Source: a virus (Duplodnaviria > Caudoviricetes). Taken from it: 64,000 nucleotides of DNA. The notes under the pieces are model-generated. The model searched no databases and was not told where the DNA came from. It saw only the letters and a list, made by a program, of their open reading frames with translations. Below, one piece after another: positions 18,050-28,226 of this stretch (its first letter is position 1; the number at the start of each line of letters is the position of its first letter). Where the stretch lies: the IMG/VR virus record IMGVR_UViG_3300042291_001013, one strand, 5' to 3'. Made by a program: the position numbers and the translations under genes.

Positions 18050-19514
18050 TTTTACCCAGTAACTGTTTAAGTTTGGCGCTTTGTACGTCTGCTGTGATTT
18101 TTTCTGCAACCTCGGGTTTTAATTCTTTGCCACCTGGTTGATAATCCCAAGCGTGTGTTCCTGTTGGCTTTTCCCACTTGGTGGATGTACTGTCCGTTGT
18201 TTCGGTGTCAGCAGCCTTGACTTGACTCCGGGCCTTGATTGAATCCATAATGGAACTTTGTGGTCGATTGTATCCTGTTCCTTCGTCCCCGCCTTCATCA
18301 GTAATGCGCATAGTTTCAATGTTGTACTCCAGATCGATTTTTTGACCAACGCCGGTCGAGCTTCGCGACTTCATACACTGTATTTGGTATTTGCCACGTT
18401 CCTTCATTGCTCGGCTTGTGAAAATGCCGAACACGTTATCTGCTGTGTTGATCTTGGAAATACCACCTGAAATATGCGAGTGATCAAATTCAATTTCTTC
18501 CACAGCGGATCTGTTTAACTGCGATGCAGTTACCATTAGGATTCCTAGCTCTTTGGCTAAATTACGGAGTTCTTCTGAAACATACTTGTCTTTCACAAAC
18601 AAGTCGTTGGGACTGACTTTGGCACTTACAGGCATCAGCAAATCCAGGTAGTCAATCATCACAAAGTCTACCTTCTTGCCTGTTTGAATTTGATACTCTT
18701 TCAAATAAGCACGAATGTCATTGATGTTGCTTTGTGCTGGCAAGCCCTTGACTTGATAGTTGCCCGACTTCTTGGCCACCAACTTGACCTTGAGCTCTGT
18801 GGTGTCTATGTCCTTGCGAATGTCTTTTGTTGACATATTGGTCAACATAGCATCAGTTCGCAATGACGTAAGCTCTTCTGACAGTTCTAGTGTGATGTAG
18901 ACACCGCTGAGTCCTGATTGTAGCCAGTTCAAGGCAATGTTCATCATGACCAGTGACTTGCCTGATCCTGAGCCACCTGCAAAGATGTTGAGTTCACCAC
19001 GGCTGAATCCGCCATACAACAATCTGTCCAGTTGTGGCCAGCCTGTGCTTACTTGTCCGCCCGAGTTGAAGTATTTCTCAATGCGAGCCTTGGGATCAGC
19101 AAAGTAGTCTGTACCCATGTCTTTAGTAAGAGATATCTGTACTGCATCTTTGATGAGTTTTTCAACAGGTTCATATTCGCCTTTCTCCAGCAAGTCTGCT
19201 GATTTCAAAATAGCACGTTCCAGTTCTTGGCGTCGAGTAAATGCTTCAAACTCGCCCATGAACCAGTCAAAGTGACCTTCGTTCAAGTCCGGCACCGGTT
19301 GCAGTTTAACGCCTGTGGTTGCTGAAATCTGCATCCTATCAGGCATGGTCTTGTGCTTGTCTGAGTGTTCTTTAATGAACTCAGCCGCAGGTCTCAAACT
19401 CCGGTCAAAGTTTTGCGGGTTGTAGATGTTTTGAACACGCACATAACTTGTGGCATCTTCCAGCATCATCTCTAAAAATAATCGTTGGACATCAAGTCCG
19501 TAGTCTTTAATCAT
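18036..19514 (-). CDS. Replicative DNA helicase (T4 gp41/DnaB-like)
   Basis: AGGSGSGKS Walker A, IDYLDL, TASQLNR and MKSR motifs. Confidence 0.95.
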   Translation of the reverse strand: MIKDYGLDVQRLFLEMMLEDATSYVRVQNIYNPQNFDRSLRPAAEFIKEHSDKHKTMPDRMQISATTGVKLQPVPDLNEGHFDWFMGEFEAFTRRQELERAILKSADLLEKGEYEPVEKLIKDAVQISLTKDMGTDYFADPKARIEKYFNSGGQVSTGWPQLDRLLYGGFSRGELNIFAGGSGSGKSLVMMNIALNWLQSGLSGVYITLELSEELTSLRTDAMLTNMSTKDIRKDIDTTELKVKLVAKKSGNYQVKGLPAQSNINDIRAYLKEYQIQTGKKVDFVMIDYLDLLMPVSAKVSPNDLFVKDKYVSEELRNLAKELGILMVTASQLNRSAVEEIEFDHSHISGGISKINTADNVFGIFTSRAMKERGKYQIQCMKSRSSTGVGQKIDLEYNIETMRITDEGGDEGTGYNRPQSSIMDSIKARSQVKAADTETTDSTSTKWEKPTGTHAWDYQPGGKELKPEVAEKITADVQSAKLKQLLGKIKSQ

Positions 19515-19540
19515 ATAGTATTATAGCACATAAAAAGAAG

Positions 19541-19927
19541 TTAGAATTTTATTTTGTTGCCTAATTTTAACAAATAGGCAAAAGGATCCGGGTCAAACAA
19601 ATCAAACAACACACACCCATTGTAGTTCCAGGTAGTTGAACGTGTGGATGGGTAGTCAAGATATTCTTTTATGGAACCGGGTGTTTGGGTTGATACGATG
19701 GGTTTGTATTCAATCCTGGTTAGCACTATGTCTTGATTAATTTTTATGCCTGCCAACGAAACATTCAAAAGTTCTACAGATTTTTGGTCATGACTGTTTT
19801 TTCCTGATAGTACAAGCATTACTGTATTTGGCAAATAACTCAAAATTTCAACAGTTTCTATTCCATTGTTGATTTTTCGTGTAGTTGGCAACATCTCAAA
19901 ATCAGAACCATATGCATTTATAGTCAT
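19541..19927 (-). CDS. Hypothetical protein downstream of the B12 radical SAM gene
   Basis: AT-rich ORF; start uncertain (19927 or 19987). Confidence 0.55.
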   Translation of the reverse strand: MTINAYGSDFEMLPTTRKINNGIETVEILSYLPNTVMLVLSGKNSHDQKSVELLNVSLAGIKINQDIVLTRIEYKPIVSTQTPGSIKEYLDYPSTRSTTWNYNGCVLFDLFDPDPFAYLLKLGNKIKF

Positions 19928-19956
19928 TGCATTATCGCTGTGTTTGAGATTTAAAA

Positions 19957-21321
19957 TTAGAAGAAAGTTTGTACGTTGAATCCGCATTGTTGTATTACTT
20001 TAACAGTATCAATTGCATTGCGATACCTTGACATTTGATTTTGTCGGAAAGAACTATGATCAATTGTTTTTTCTAACTTTGTACCTGGCAATATACCCGG
20101 TAATGTGCATTGAACTTTTAGTACTGTGCCATTGGCAAAATCACTGTGATTTAAAAACCATTGTCTGACCTGCTGATAATCTGACTCTGTTTCTGTTGGA
20201 TATGACAGAATTATTAGCAGATTCATCGGTACCTGATATTTTTTAGCCATCTCCAAATGATGATCAAGATCTGCATTGGTAAAATTCTTACCTAGATTGA
20301 TTCGAACATGCTCAATGATGCTTTCAACGCCAGTTAGTAAAAATCCATTGCTTTTTTTTATTAATTTCCACATGTCTTCTTTGTGTTGTGTTGCAGATCT
20401 AATAATAAAAGATCCTACCCAATGTATCTGGGCCTGAGCGTTTGTTTGGTCATTGTAGGCAGCTATTAGTTGCAATAGTTTTTTAAACTCTTTTAAATTA
20501 CCATTGCAAATGCTACTAGCAAATTGAAATCTATACACCTTGTAAGTTTCTATATGTTTTTGTATTTGTTCAAAAATGTTTTCAGCAGTTAGATACTGAA
20601 ACTTTTCCCAGAATGCAATTACATCACAAAATTCACAGGCCTGCACACAACCACGGCTATCCACAATTGGCAATGTTGGATATCCATATCTAAACAACCT
20701 GTAGTCAGAGTAATCTGGGATAGGAAGTTTATTAAATTCTGTGTTGGATTGCCAAGCATGGGAGTTAATGCCAGGATAAGACATATTTCCACGCACATAT
20801 TCAACCAAGGACGTTTCGCCATCACCAGTGATATAGTCGTCAATAAATCCTAACTTTTTAACGCGGTCAGGAAATTTAAACAAAGAATTTTCCAATGTCT
20901 GCAATCCAGGTCCGCCAATTACTATTTTGGCGTCAGGCGCTTGCTGTCGTAACATTGCGCACAGCCAAACAGTAAAGGTCTGCGTTTGTGAGGAAAACAA
21001 ACTCAGTCCAATAATAGTAGGGGCATGCGACAATATTTCTCGAGCGTAAAAATCCAGCATTATAACTAAATCGTCCGCTATTTCTTCATGTATTTTTTGT
21101 CGATTAAAAAAATCAAGAAACAGGTTTCGTTTGGGATTGTGTTGTATTTTGTTGTATATTTCAATATTAAGATCGAGCGCCACGCATGCGATTCCGTTGG
21201 CTTGCAATGATGCTTTTAATACTGCTGGGGCTGCCAATGGAGTATCATCGTCAACAAAAGGCATCGACGCAACAACAACTTTAACAATATTCTGTTGATT
21301 AGTATTGTAGTCGCTTAACAA
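19957..21321 (-). CDS. B12-binding radical SAM protein (class B methylase-like)
   Basis: N-terminal cobalamin-binding-like domain (IIGLSLFS, KIVIGGPG, GDGE); SRGCVQACEFC CxxxCxxC motif; TGVES. Confidence 0.85.
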   Translation of the reverse strand: MLSDYNTNQQNIVKVVVASMPFVDDDTPLAAPAVLKASLQANGIACVALDLNIEIYNKIQHNPKRNLFLDFFNRQKIHEEIADDLVIMLDFYAREILSHAPTIIGLSLFSSQTQTFTVWLCAMLRQQAPDAKIVIGGPGLQTLENSLFKFPDRVKKLGFIDDYITGDGETSLVEYVRGNMSYPGINSHAWQSNTEFNKLPIPDYSDYRLFRYGYPTLPIVDSRGCVQACEFCDVIAFWEKFQYLTAENIFEQIQKHIETYKVYRFQFASSICNGNLKEFKKLLQLIAAYNDQTNAQAQIHWVGSFIIRSATQHKEDMWKLIKKSNGFLLTGVESIIEHVRINLGKNFTNADLDHHLEMAKKYQVPMNLLIILSYPTETESDYQQVRQWFLNHSDFANGTVLKVQCTLPGILPGTKLEKTIDHSSFRQNQMSRYRNAIDTVKVIQQCGFNVQTFF

Positions 21322-22288
21322 GTTGCTTTTTCCTTAGTTCTATTTTGATTCGACTGGTTTCTCTAGCTGACATTATAGTTAGCAATGCTCCGAGCCGCCC
21401 CAACACAATTACCGCATCATTAACATCTTTGCAACCTTCTGGCCATTCTGGTATACTTACCGCCCAGCCAAGTTCTACTGCACGATCTATTAGTTCAAGT
21501 CCTGCTTTGTCTTGATCAGGTATTACTGTGATTTGTTTTCCAAGACTTCTAATCAGTCTTGCTTGTGTATCACTAATGGTGTTGTGCATTACTGCTAAGC
21601 CAGATATGGATAACGCACAAAATACACCTTCCATGACAAACACATGTTCCCATTCAGTCTTTTGTAAATCCGTACCAAACACATATCCAGGTTGCATATG
21701 ATTAATATACTTGGGCACCTTGTTGTCTAAGAATCTAGCAGTCCAGCCAACTACAGTATTGTTCCAAGTAAACGGCACAACCACATGAGGCCTAATCCAA
21801 TGAATTCCGTCCGTTTTAATAGCAGTCATGATAGGATAATCTTTGGGTACCTGGCGAGTTTGCAAATAATCCCAGTAGTCTGTCATTTCAGGAGTTACAA
21901 CTTCTGAGTATGGTGGTAAGTCGTCAGACTCTTCAAATGTTATATCTGCTAATGCTTGAAATGTTTTATTACGGTCATCTAGAATACCGTGTATGCTACG
22001 ATGTTTAAGACTTTCTAAGTTTAAGTACTCAACTTCATTTTCAGAAACACCTAACCATCCTAGTAACTTTTTTGCTTTAAAACTTACTGAACGTCCAAGA
22101 ACGAAACTTGCTGTGTATGAACAATTAAAACAGTGATAGCTCCAGCCTTGTTCTGCAACTTTGATTCCGCCACGTTGACGTTTGTCTTGGGAGTTACCGT
22201 TATGCGTACAGCAAACCGCATTGAAACTCAGCCAGCCACTGGGACTGCTTTTTCTTTTTGCGGGTAGGTAACTTAGGATATCCAGCAT
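21299..22288 (-). CDS. DNA primase (T4 gp61-like)
   Basis: Zn ribbon (CCTH...HCFNC); TOPRIM motifs MEGVF, PDQDKAG and KDVND. Confidence 0.92.
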   Translation of the reverse strand: MLDILSYLPAKRKSSPSGWLSFNAVCCTHNGNSQDKRQRGGIKVAEQGWSYHCFNCSYTASFVLGRSVSFKAKKLLGWLGVSENEVEYLNLESLKHRSIHGILDDRNKTFQALADITFEESDDLPPYSEVVTPEMTDYWDYLQTRQVPKDYPIMTAIKTDGIHWIRPHVVVPFTWNNTVVGWTARFLDNKVPKYINHMQPGYVFGTDLQKTEWEHVFVMEGVFCALSISGLAVMHNTISDTQARLIRSLGKQITVIPDQDKAGLELIDRAVELGWAVSIPEWPEGCKDVNDAVIVLGRLGALLTIMSARETSRIKIELRKKQLVKRLQY

Positions 22289-22294
22289 CTATAC

Positions 22295-22323
22295 AGTATA
22301 ACAGATTAGTTACACTAAATCAA
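22295..22323 (-). promoter_or_regulatory. Sigma70 promoter TTGATT-17-TATACT, 6 nt before the primase ATG
   Basis: Exact 17-nt spacer; no SD, so leaderless geometry. Confidence 0.7.
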
Positions 22324-23390
22324 CGATACTGGACGTTTTCAACCTCGCCGTTGTCAAAAATTGCCACAGCAGAAACTGGGCTTTGGAATTGCATGGGCAC
22401 ATAACCTGAGCCACCATTCACAATGGTTACTCCGGCAATTTGATTGTTGAGACCAATTGTACAGGTGGCTTCAGCACCAGCACCGTCGCCTAGAATTCGA
22501 ATTCTAGGCGGCGCTGTGTACTGATATCCAGCATTGGTTATGGTTATACCAGTTACTACTCCATTGGCAACTACTACGTTTCCACTGGCACCATAACCAA
22601 TTGAGTTGTTTAGAGCCAGGCGCAGGATTGGGTGAAATCCAACTACATTGAAATAGTCTGTGGTAGTTTGTGACAGGTACTCACGAGATTCAGTTACATC
22701 ATACCAGGCAGACTCATAGTTTTGAGCGGCTTGCACCTTGGCTGTACCGGTGTAACCCACAAGGTCAAATTTCACAGTGGTAAAGCTAGACTCATTTGTG
22801 GGCATGAAACTGGAATAGAATTCAGTTTGATAAATTGCCACTTGTGGTTGCGGTGTGTTGGCCCAGTCCGGCCAGTTGGTAGATGATCCGCTTACAAACT
22901 GATTTTTGCCATACAGGTCTGGCACTGTGCAATCTGTACTGGGAATAAATTGCGGCAATATGCTGTCCACAATGTTTATGTCTGCTCGTGCTTCGGAGTT
23001 TGCATTGACATACACTGCCTGCACATAGTTTCCTGAAGTTCGTTGGATACTGTAGCTGGCTGGCTGTGATTCAATATTGACAGTTTCATTTGTTTCAAGC
23101 ACCACTTTTACTCGGCCTGTTGATGCACTAAGTACTTCCATGCTCTTGGTCAATAATAGTCGATCGCCAGCTTGGTTTACCAAGCGGAAAACAAAAGAAC
23201 TACCTGTAATGTTGACAGGTTTTTGGTCTTGGTTAATAAATTCAAATAACAAGACGTTGTCAACGCCTTTGTTGATGGTTAAAGTTTTAGCATACACTGG
23301 GTCATACCTCGCTGTGAAATATCCACCGCTGGTGTCTATCAAAAGTACACGGGCAATTTGCTGATATAAGTACGCAGTGGTTGAATACAT
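22320..23390 (-). CDS. Virion structural protein with BppU-like Ig domain
   Basis: GVDNVLLFEFINQDQKPVNITG motif; C-terminal GYQYTAPP..GDGAGA repeats; start set at 23390 (ATAAATA and AAGGA upstream). Confidence 0.65.
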   Translation of the reverse strand: MYSTTAYLYQQIARVLLIDTSGGYFTARYDPVYAKTLTINKGVDNVLLFEFINQDQKPVNITGSSFVFRLVNQAGDRLLLTKSMEVLSASTGRVKVVLETNETVNIESQPASYSIQRTSGNYVQAVYVNANSEARADINIVDSILPQFIPSTDCTVPDLYGKNQFVSGSSTNWPDWANTPQPQVAIYQTEFYSSFMPTNESSFTTVKFDLVGYTGTAKVQAAQNYESAWYDVTESREYLSQTTTDYFNVVGFHPILRLALNNSIGYGASGNVVVANGVVTGITITNAGYQYTAPPRIRILGDGAGAEATCTIGLNNQIAGVTIVNGGSGYVPMQFQSPVSAVAIFDNGEVENVQYR

Positions 23391-23411
23391 AGGAATCCTT
23401 GACAAGTATTT

Positions 23412-23789
23412 ATGGGTAACAATATTTTTGAAAAACTGACGGAAAAGTACCCGTTTATAACCTTGTGCGTGTACGCTAACGCAGAGTATGTGGGCGTTGT
23501 GCAGAATCGTGATGATACTGTGACAACAATCTACGACTTTGGCAGTGTGCAAACACAACAAGAAAAACTAGAATTTCTAGAGTTGGCCAGCGTTTGGTGG
23601 TGGGAAAGCAACAGATCTATCCCTATCAATATTTTTCTGCGCAAAGAGTGGGACAAGTTTCGCCCAACTCTGCGCACCTTTGTAAACAAGGATCTTGAAA
23701 TCTTGCACGGACCCACTTGCAGTTTGCTGGACATTGCTCGCAAGAAAAGCAAACGAAAGAGCATTACGCTAGTGCGGCGTCTTGAGTGA
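23412..23789 (+). CDS. Hypothetical protein
   Basis: 125 aa, divergent from the 23390 gene with only 21 bp between starts; WWWESNRSIPINIFL motif. Confidence 0.7.
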   Translation: MGNNIFEKLTEKYPFITLCVYANAEYVGVVQNRDDTVTTIYDFGSVQTQQEKLEFLELASVWWWESNRSIPINIFLRKEWDKFRPTLRTFVNKDLEILHGPTCSLLDIARKKSKRKSITLVRRLE

Positions 23790-24342
23790 GTAGATTCATA
23801 TGCAGGGCAACAAGGGCCGCGTAGGAAACTGCGTGGCTTTTTTTAAATGAGTAGCCTCTACTGTCGTCCCCGTTCCACACTTCAGCAAATACTTCTTCCC
23901 AAGAGCAAGTTTGCAAGTGTGCTTTGCCTGGACGTATGATTGAAATAAATGCGGCCATCCTGGGAATTGAGTCTGGCTTCATGACTCGCAGTAGGTCTGT
24001 ATAGTTTCCCACATGCACCAGCTGAGCGGCCCAGGCGTTGTCAGTCCACAGTCTTGACCATGATGGTTCTATGCCCAACATCTGTTCATAATGTTCGGGA
24101 CTTTTTACCAGTCCATAAACGCTCATGTTCAAGAAGTCTAGTTTAAAGTATCCACGCTGTTCCGCAGTTTCATAATCTAATGCCGCACAACCAATGATGG
24201 GATCTGTGGGTATTTCTGTTACATAAATGCCCGAGTTGTGTTTGCGCACACCAGTTGCAGATTCAAGCCGTGCAGGAACATGCTGAATCAATTTCAGCAA
24301 TGCGTCCCTGTTGGGCATGTCAATGTCAATGTCTGCGCTCAT
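23764..24342 (-). CDS. Miniature DNA polymerase III alpha (DnaE) palm-like protein
   Basis: ADIDID, RKHNSG, YFKLDFLN and YSFKKSHAVSY match DnaE motifs in order within 192 aa. Confidence 0.8.
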   Translation of the reverse strand: MSADIDIDMPNRDALLKLIQHVPARLESATGVRKHNSGIYVTEIPTDPIIGCAALDYETAEQRGYFKLDFLNMSVYGLVKSPEHYEQMLGIEPSWSRLWTDNAWAAQLVHVGNYTDLLRVMKPDSIPRMAAFISIIRPGKAHLQTCSWEEVFAEVWNGDDSRGYSFKKSHAVSYAALVALHMNLLTQDAALA

Positions 24343-25046
24343 AGTCTTACTATACCAGTATTGGGCACGTGGTTTCGATTGTAGGTTCCATTGCGTATTT
24401 TAACATCTTCCTGTTCAATCTGCAACCTTGTGTCTGCGCTGACAGGGTATTGTGGTAAAACTCTTTCCACATAGTTCAAATGCTCAATTGGTGTGTGGTG
24501 CATGTCATACTCAATCACGATTTGATCGTGTATGACTTCTTTGAAACTGGGCTTGACAGTGTCTAGCACATTTTGGTACAGTTTGAGAATATCATAGTTT
24601 GGATTGTAATCTTTGTCTTGATACTGATCGGATTGATGCATGGGCACCATGCTTAAAAAGTGCCAGGTCACACCAGTGTGCTCTAGTAGAGTTTTTACTG
24701 CGGATATAAATGCAAAATCACGTACCATGCAACCACGTTCGTCAATCCAACGTTTGACCCAGTCTCGAGGATAGGTACCTTGTGTGTATACATTGCCCGG
24801 TGTGACCCAGTTCCGGTCCACATATCTATCTTCACGTGCTGTGTTGGTCCAACACACAATCACAGTGTCGCCAGGTTTGAATTGGTTGCGCTGATTGCAC
24901 TCATACACAGAGTTTAATATGTAATGGTTGCCGGCCCCTACTCTACCCCAGTTGTGAAATTCCTGTGCTTGGTAGCTCAAGATATCAGCCCAAGTACTCC
25001 ACACATAGCTGGTATAGCTACACCCAAATGTAAACAATCTATTCAT
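24339..25046 (-). CDS. SGNH-like protein (2 of 6)
   Basis: TFGCSYT, GRVGAGN and DMHHTP motifs. Confidence 0.7.
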   Translation of the reverse strand: MNRLFTFGCSYTSYVWSTWADILSYQAQEFHNWGRVGAGNHYILNSVYECNQRNQFKPGDTVIVCWTNTAREDRYVDRNWVTPGNVYTQGTYPRDWVKRWIDERGCMVRDFAFISAVKTLLEHTGVTWHFLSMVPMHQSDQYQDKDYNPNYDILKLYQNVLDTVKPSFKEVIHDQIVIEYDMHHTPIEHLNYVERVLPQYPVSADTRLQIEQEDVKIRNGTYNRNHVPNTGIVRL

Positions 25047-25762
25047 AGCAATCTTTCTAGCTCAGGCCAAAGCCATTCACGCACCAAGACTTCACTGGCT
25101 TCAGTACCATAGTGTCCGTCGTGCGTGTATGGCAACTTTCGCTTTTCGCCTTCGTCACGACCCACGCCATTGGCCAATTTGAGACTGTTTCTAAACCATT
25201 CATAGCCCGGAAGGAACAATGTGTCCCAGTCCACAAACCAACTGAAAAATATCAGCTTCTTGTTGTGTGCATCACACAAGGCCTTCATGGCCAACATGTT
25301 GTGCAAGGTCTGATACTGCCAGAACCGTGCGCCAGCTGACTGGTCAAGCCAAAAACGATCAAACTGCTCAAGGTCATAGTCAACCATCTTGCCCAGCCAG
25401 TACTTGTTCTCATGTACATTGAGTGTGTAACACCCCATGTCTTTGTAGATGTTGTTGTGTGTGGAGTCTTGATAGTGCTGGGGTGCAGGTATGGGATGTG
25501 GCCGTAGATTCTGTTGCACTTCTTCCCAGGCTCGCATGCCGATCACCACACGACTGGGTTCAGTCAGTTGTACAATCACAAGATCCACCTCGGGATCTTT
25601 TACAATGTCATGTAACTTCTCAACATAGAAAGCATTGCCAGCACCTGAACTGCAAGCTCTAACCAGCTCACTGCTTAGTTTGGCACTGACATGATCAGGC
25701 CAACTCTGGCCATAGTCTGCTGTGCTAAAGCTGTCACCAAGGGCGGCTAATTTACGATACAT
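25043..25762 (-). CDS. SGNH-like protein (3 of 6)
   Basis: ALGDSFS, SSGAGN and DGHYG motifs; start set at 25762. Confidence 0.7.
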   Translation of the reverse strand: MYRKLAALGDSFSTADYGQSWPDHVSAKLSSELVRACSSGAGNAFYVEKLHDIVKDPEVDLVIVQLTEPSRVVIGMRAWEEVQQNLRPHPIPAPQHYQDSTHNNIYKDMGCYTLNVHENKYWLGKMVDYDLEQFDRFWLDQSAGARFWQYQTLHNMLAMKALCDAHNKKLIFFSWFVDWDTLFLPGYEWFRNSLKLANGVGRDEGEKRKLPYTHDGHYGTEASEVLVREWLWPELERLL

Positions 25763-26099
25763 CACACAGGGCCACAGCAATCTTAACAGCATCTTCTGCA
25801 CGATCTCTAGCCAATAATGCATCTGCCACAGTAGGATGTTTTTTTGCCAACTCCAACATTTGTTTTTCTTGTTCCATTTTGCGACGAACCCACTGAACCG
25901 CTTCTTGTGCTACGCCGTCCAGTTCAATCTGTGGAATACTCGAACTGAACTGCACCCAGTCAGTCCCATTGTATACTTCAAAATTTGATCCATTGTACCG
26001 GACCATGCCTGCACTGTGTCGACTCATGTCAACATAAGGTGTGCTGTAATTGTTGGCCGCAATATAGATGCCCGGCCCCGGTGTAATATTTTTAATCAT
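25752..26099 (-). CDS. Hypothetical protein
   Basis: 115-aa ORF in the operon. Confidence 0.65.
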   Translation of the reverse strand: MIKNITPGPGIYIAANNYSTPYVDMSRHSAGMVRYNGSNFEVYNGTDWVQFSSSIPQIELDGVAQEAVQWVRRKMEQEKQMLELAKKHPTVADALLARDRAEDAVKIAVALCDVS

Positions 26100-26100
26100 G

Positions 26101-26772
26101 TCACCATCCTGCCTTTGTTAAGATATCCCGTGCATACTCTTGGTCTGCTGGATAGTTGTTAAATTTCTTTTGCCACTCGTCACTGTCAATGTAGGACCAT
26201 ATCATACCAATTTGATCTGATGCAAGACCGGCTAGAAACTGTTGTCCTGATTCACAGTTGTAGATAATCCAAGGACTGATACGACCAGTTGTGACAGCAT
26301 AGCACATGGCCACACTACTGCCATAACGCAAACAGTCCTGTGGTTGAGCAGAGTTTTTGTCTGCCCAGTCCATGCCAAACTCCACTGCTCTTGCTAGAGC
26401 ATCTGAAACGTTTTCCACACGCAAATACCCAATCAAGTATTCAGTGTAGAGCTGGTCGCTGGACCAATTGTCAATTTTCTTTTGTTGTTTTAGCAACCAC
26501 AGCAGATAACGCTCAGGTGCAATTACTTTTGTGTTTACACAGTAACGACCAAACTTTACAAATGCTCGATAGTATGCTGAGTCCGCAAAATCATCAAAGG
26601 TTTTTAACTTGGCTGATCCCTGTGCTTGTTCATAAAACTTAATGTAAGCTCTGTACCCCAACTGTACACCACGTTCGTCTTGTTCGAATCTCCTGCGCTT
26701 GGGCTCACACATGTGAACAGCTATGCTAGTTTCTCTAGCAAACTGTTTTTTACAGTACTGGCATTGGATCAT
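26101..26772 (-). CDS. Zn-finger-containing hypothetical protein (possible remote gp59-like helicase loader)
   Basis: CQYC-x12-HMC at the N-terminus; the gp59 resemblance is by eye only. Confidence 0.55.
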   Translation of the reverse strand: MIQCQYCKKQFARETSIAVHMCEPKRRRFEQDERGVQLGYRAYIKFYEQAQGSAKLKTFDDFADSAYYRAFVKFGRYCVNTKVIAPERYLLWLLKQQKKIDNWSSDQLYTEYLIGYLRVENVSDALARAVEFGMDWADKNSAQPQDCLRYGSSVAMCYAVTTGRISPWIIYNCESGQQFLAGLASDQIGMIWSYIDSDEWQKKFNNYPADQEYARDILTKAGW

Positions 26773-27476
26773 TGTAGTATTTTATGCTCTTGTATGTAAT
26801 TTGTCAAGAACTCATTGAGTTTTGCATGATGACCTATTGCCGGATGTGTCATATCTGGAGGAACATGCGGTGCACCTGGTGGATACTTTTTAGGCTCCAC
26901 ACCTTGTGCGGCTTGCCAGGCTGTTGCTCGCCACTGATATCCATCAACAATTTCTGGGCAACAAAACAAACTCAATCTAGAATCTTCAAGATATTCCTGA
27001 TACAAATCATCGGCCTGCTGAAACATCAACACTCGATGCCCTCTAGATTTCAAACTGTCAATTGTGCTGAGCATACGGTACATGAGATCTTCAGTACGAT
27101 CCAAAATGCTGTATACTTCAGTTTTGAGTTTGGTTTCCACAAACTGTTCAGACTCTTTTTGGTTCCAGCCTGTTTGCCATCTGTAAGCAAACTCTTGGTT
27201 TTGCGGATTTACCCATCGTCCTTCAAAATCATTTTCAGATTCACAGATGGGTATTTCTAGTCTGCTGAGAAAGGTCATACCCAACACATACAAGGTCGGT
27301 GGTGCTGTGTAACTGTGTTTAAGAGTGGTACGAAGTATTCTGCTGTTGGCGCTGCCACTAACAGCAATACTGTGGGCGTTAGCTATACCTAGACGCTGTG
27401 CTAGATCTTGATGGCCGTTGCCCAATGCGTAGGAATGTGTGTAACTGCATCCGTTTACAACCAATTGTTGTATCAT
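26769..27476 (-). CDS. SGNH-like protein (4 of 6)
   Basis: VNGCSYT, VSGSAN and THPAIGHH motifs. Confidence 0.7.
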   Translation of the reverse strand: MIQQLVVNGCSYTHSYALGNGHQDLAQRLGIANAHSIAVSGSANSRILRTTLKHSYTAPPTLYVLGMTFLSRLEIPICESENDFEGRWVNPQNQEFAYRWQTGWNQKESEQFVETKLKTEVYSILDRTEDLMYRMLSTIDSLKSRGHRVLMFQQADDLYQEYLEDSRLSLFCCPEIVDGYQWRATAWQAAQGVEPKKYPPGAPHVPPDMTHPAIGHHAKLNEFLTNYIQEHKILQ

Positions 27477-27916
27477 TTTTCTTTGCCGGCAGCTTTGTGA
27501 TAAGCGTCAATTTCTTTCTGTGTGGTTATTGCAGCCAACACATCTATTTCATCATCCTTGTAGGTGGGATAAATGGCTATCAAGGCTTTGCGTTTTGCAC
27601 TTAGGCCTGCTTCTTTTTTCTTGGGAGCAATCCACAGATGTCGCGGGGTTCCCAAGCCTGGACTCACTGCTGTAGCACACAGCCATTGCAGTTTGGGATG
27701 ACGACCAATATCAAAGAAGTGTTTGTTGAGATAGTGGTTGCAACTTTGCACATAATATTCTTGTAGTTCTTGAGCGCCTTCCACAGCCGAGCTCCAACGC
27801 AACATCAAGAACAGGCTAAACTTCTTGCGCTCTTCTTCAGTGAGCTCGTTGTAGAAGTTTTTATTTTTGCGATCCAGCTGTCGCATTTCATTGGCAATGT
27901 TTAGTTTATCACTCAT
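27473..27916 (-). CDS. Probable clamp-loader small subunit (gp62-like)
   Basis: 147 aa; KFSLFLMLRWSS...CN...QWL...RHLWIAPKKK pattern resembles gp62. Confidence 0.55.
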   Translation of the reverse strand: MSDKLNIANEMRQLDRKNKNFYNELTEEERKKFSLFLMLRWSSAVEGAQELQEYYVQSCNHYLNKHFFDIGRHPKLQWLCATAVSPGLGTPRHLWIAPKKKEAGLSAKRKALIAIYPTYKDDEIDVLAAITTQKEIDAYHKAAGKEK

Positions 27917-28226
27917 TGGTTTTGGTTAGTTTATAGATCATTATAACACGGGCCAGCGCATCTTGTAAAGTGGGATTGGTTCGAGCGGTGCGCCGAATTT
28001 CTCCCCACATCTTGTCTTCCATTATGTGATCGTGTAAAGGTCTGCCGTCTGCGGTTCTCTTATCATAGTCTATTTTGTGCCCAGATACTGGATCATAATC
28101 TGTGCCTGATTCATATCCTACTACCTGACGTGTACTGGGATCAGCGCCCGACTCACGAGCATAGATAATACCTTCTGATCGTTCATAGACGTATGTTGCG
28201 CCAGGCTTTAATGTACCCATTACCAA
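27909..28226 (-). CDS. Hypothetical protein
   Basis: 105-aa ORF overlapping both neighbours. Confidence 0.65.
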   Translation of the reverse strand: MVMGTLKPGATYVYERSEGIIYARESGADPSTRQVVGYESGTDYDPVSGHKIDYDKRTADGRPLHDHIMEDKMWGEIRRTARTNPTLQDALARVIMIYKLTKTNE

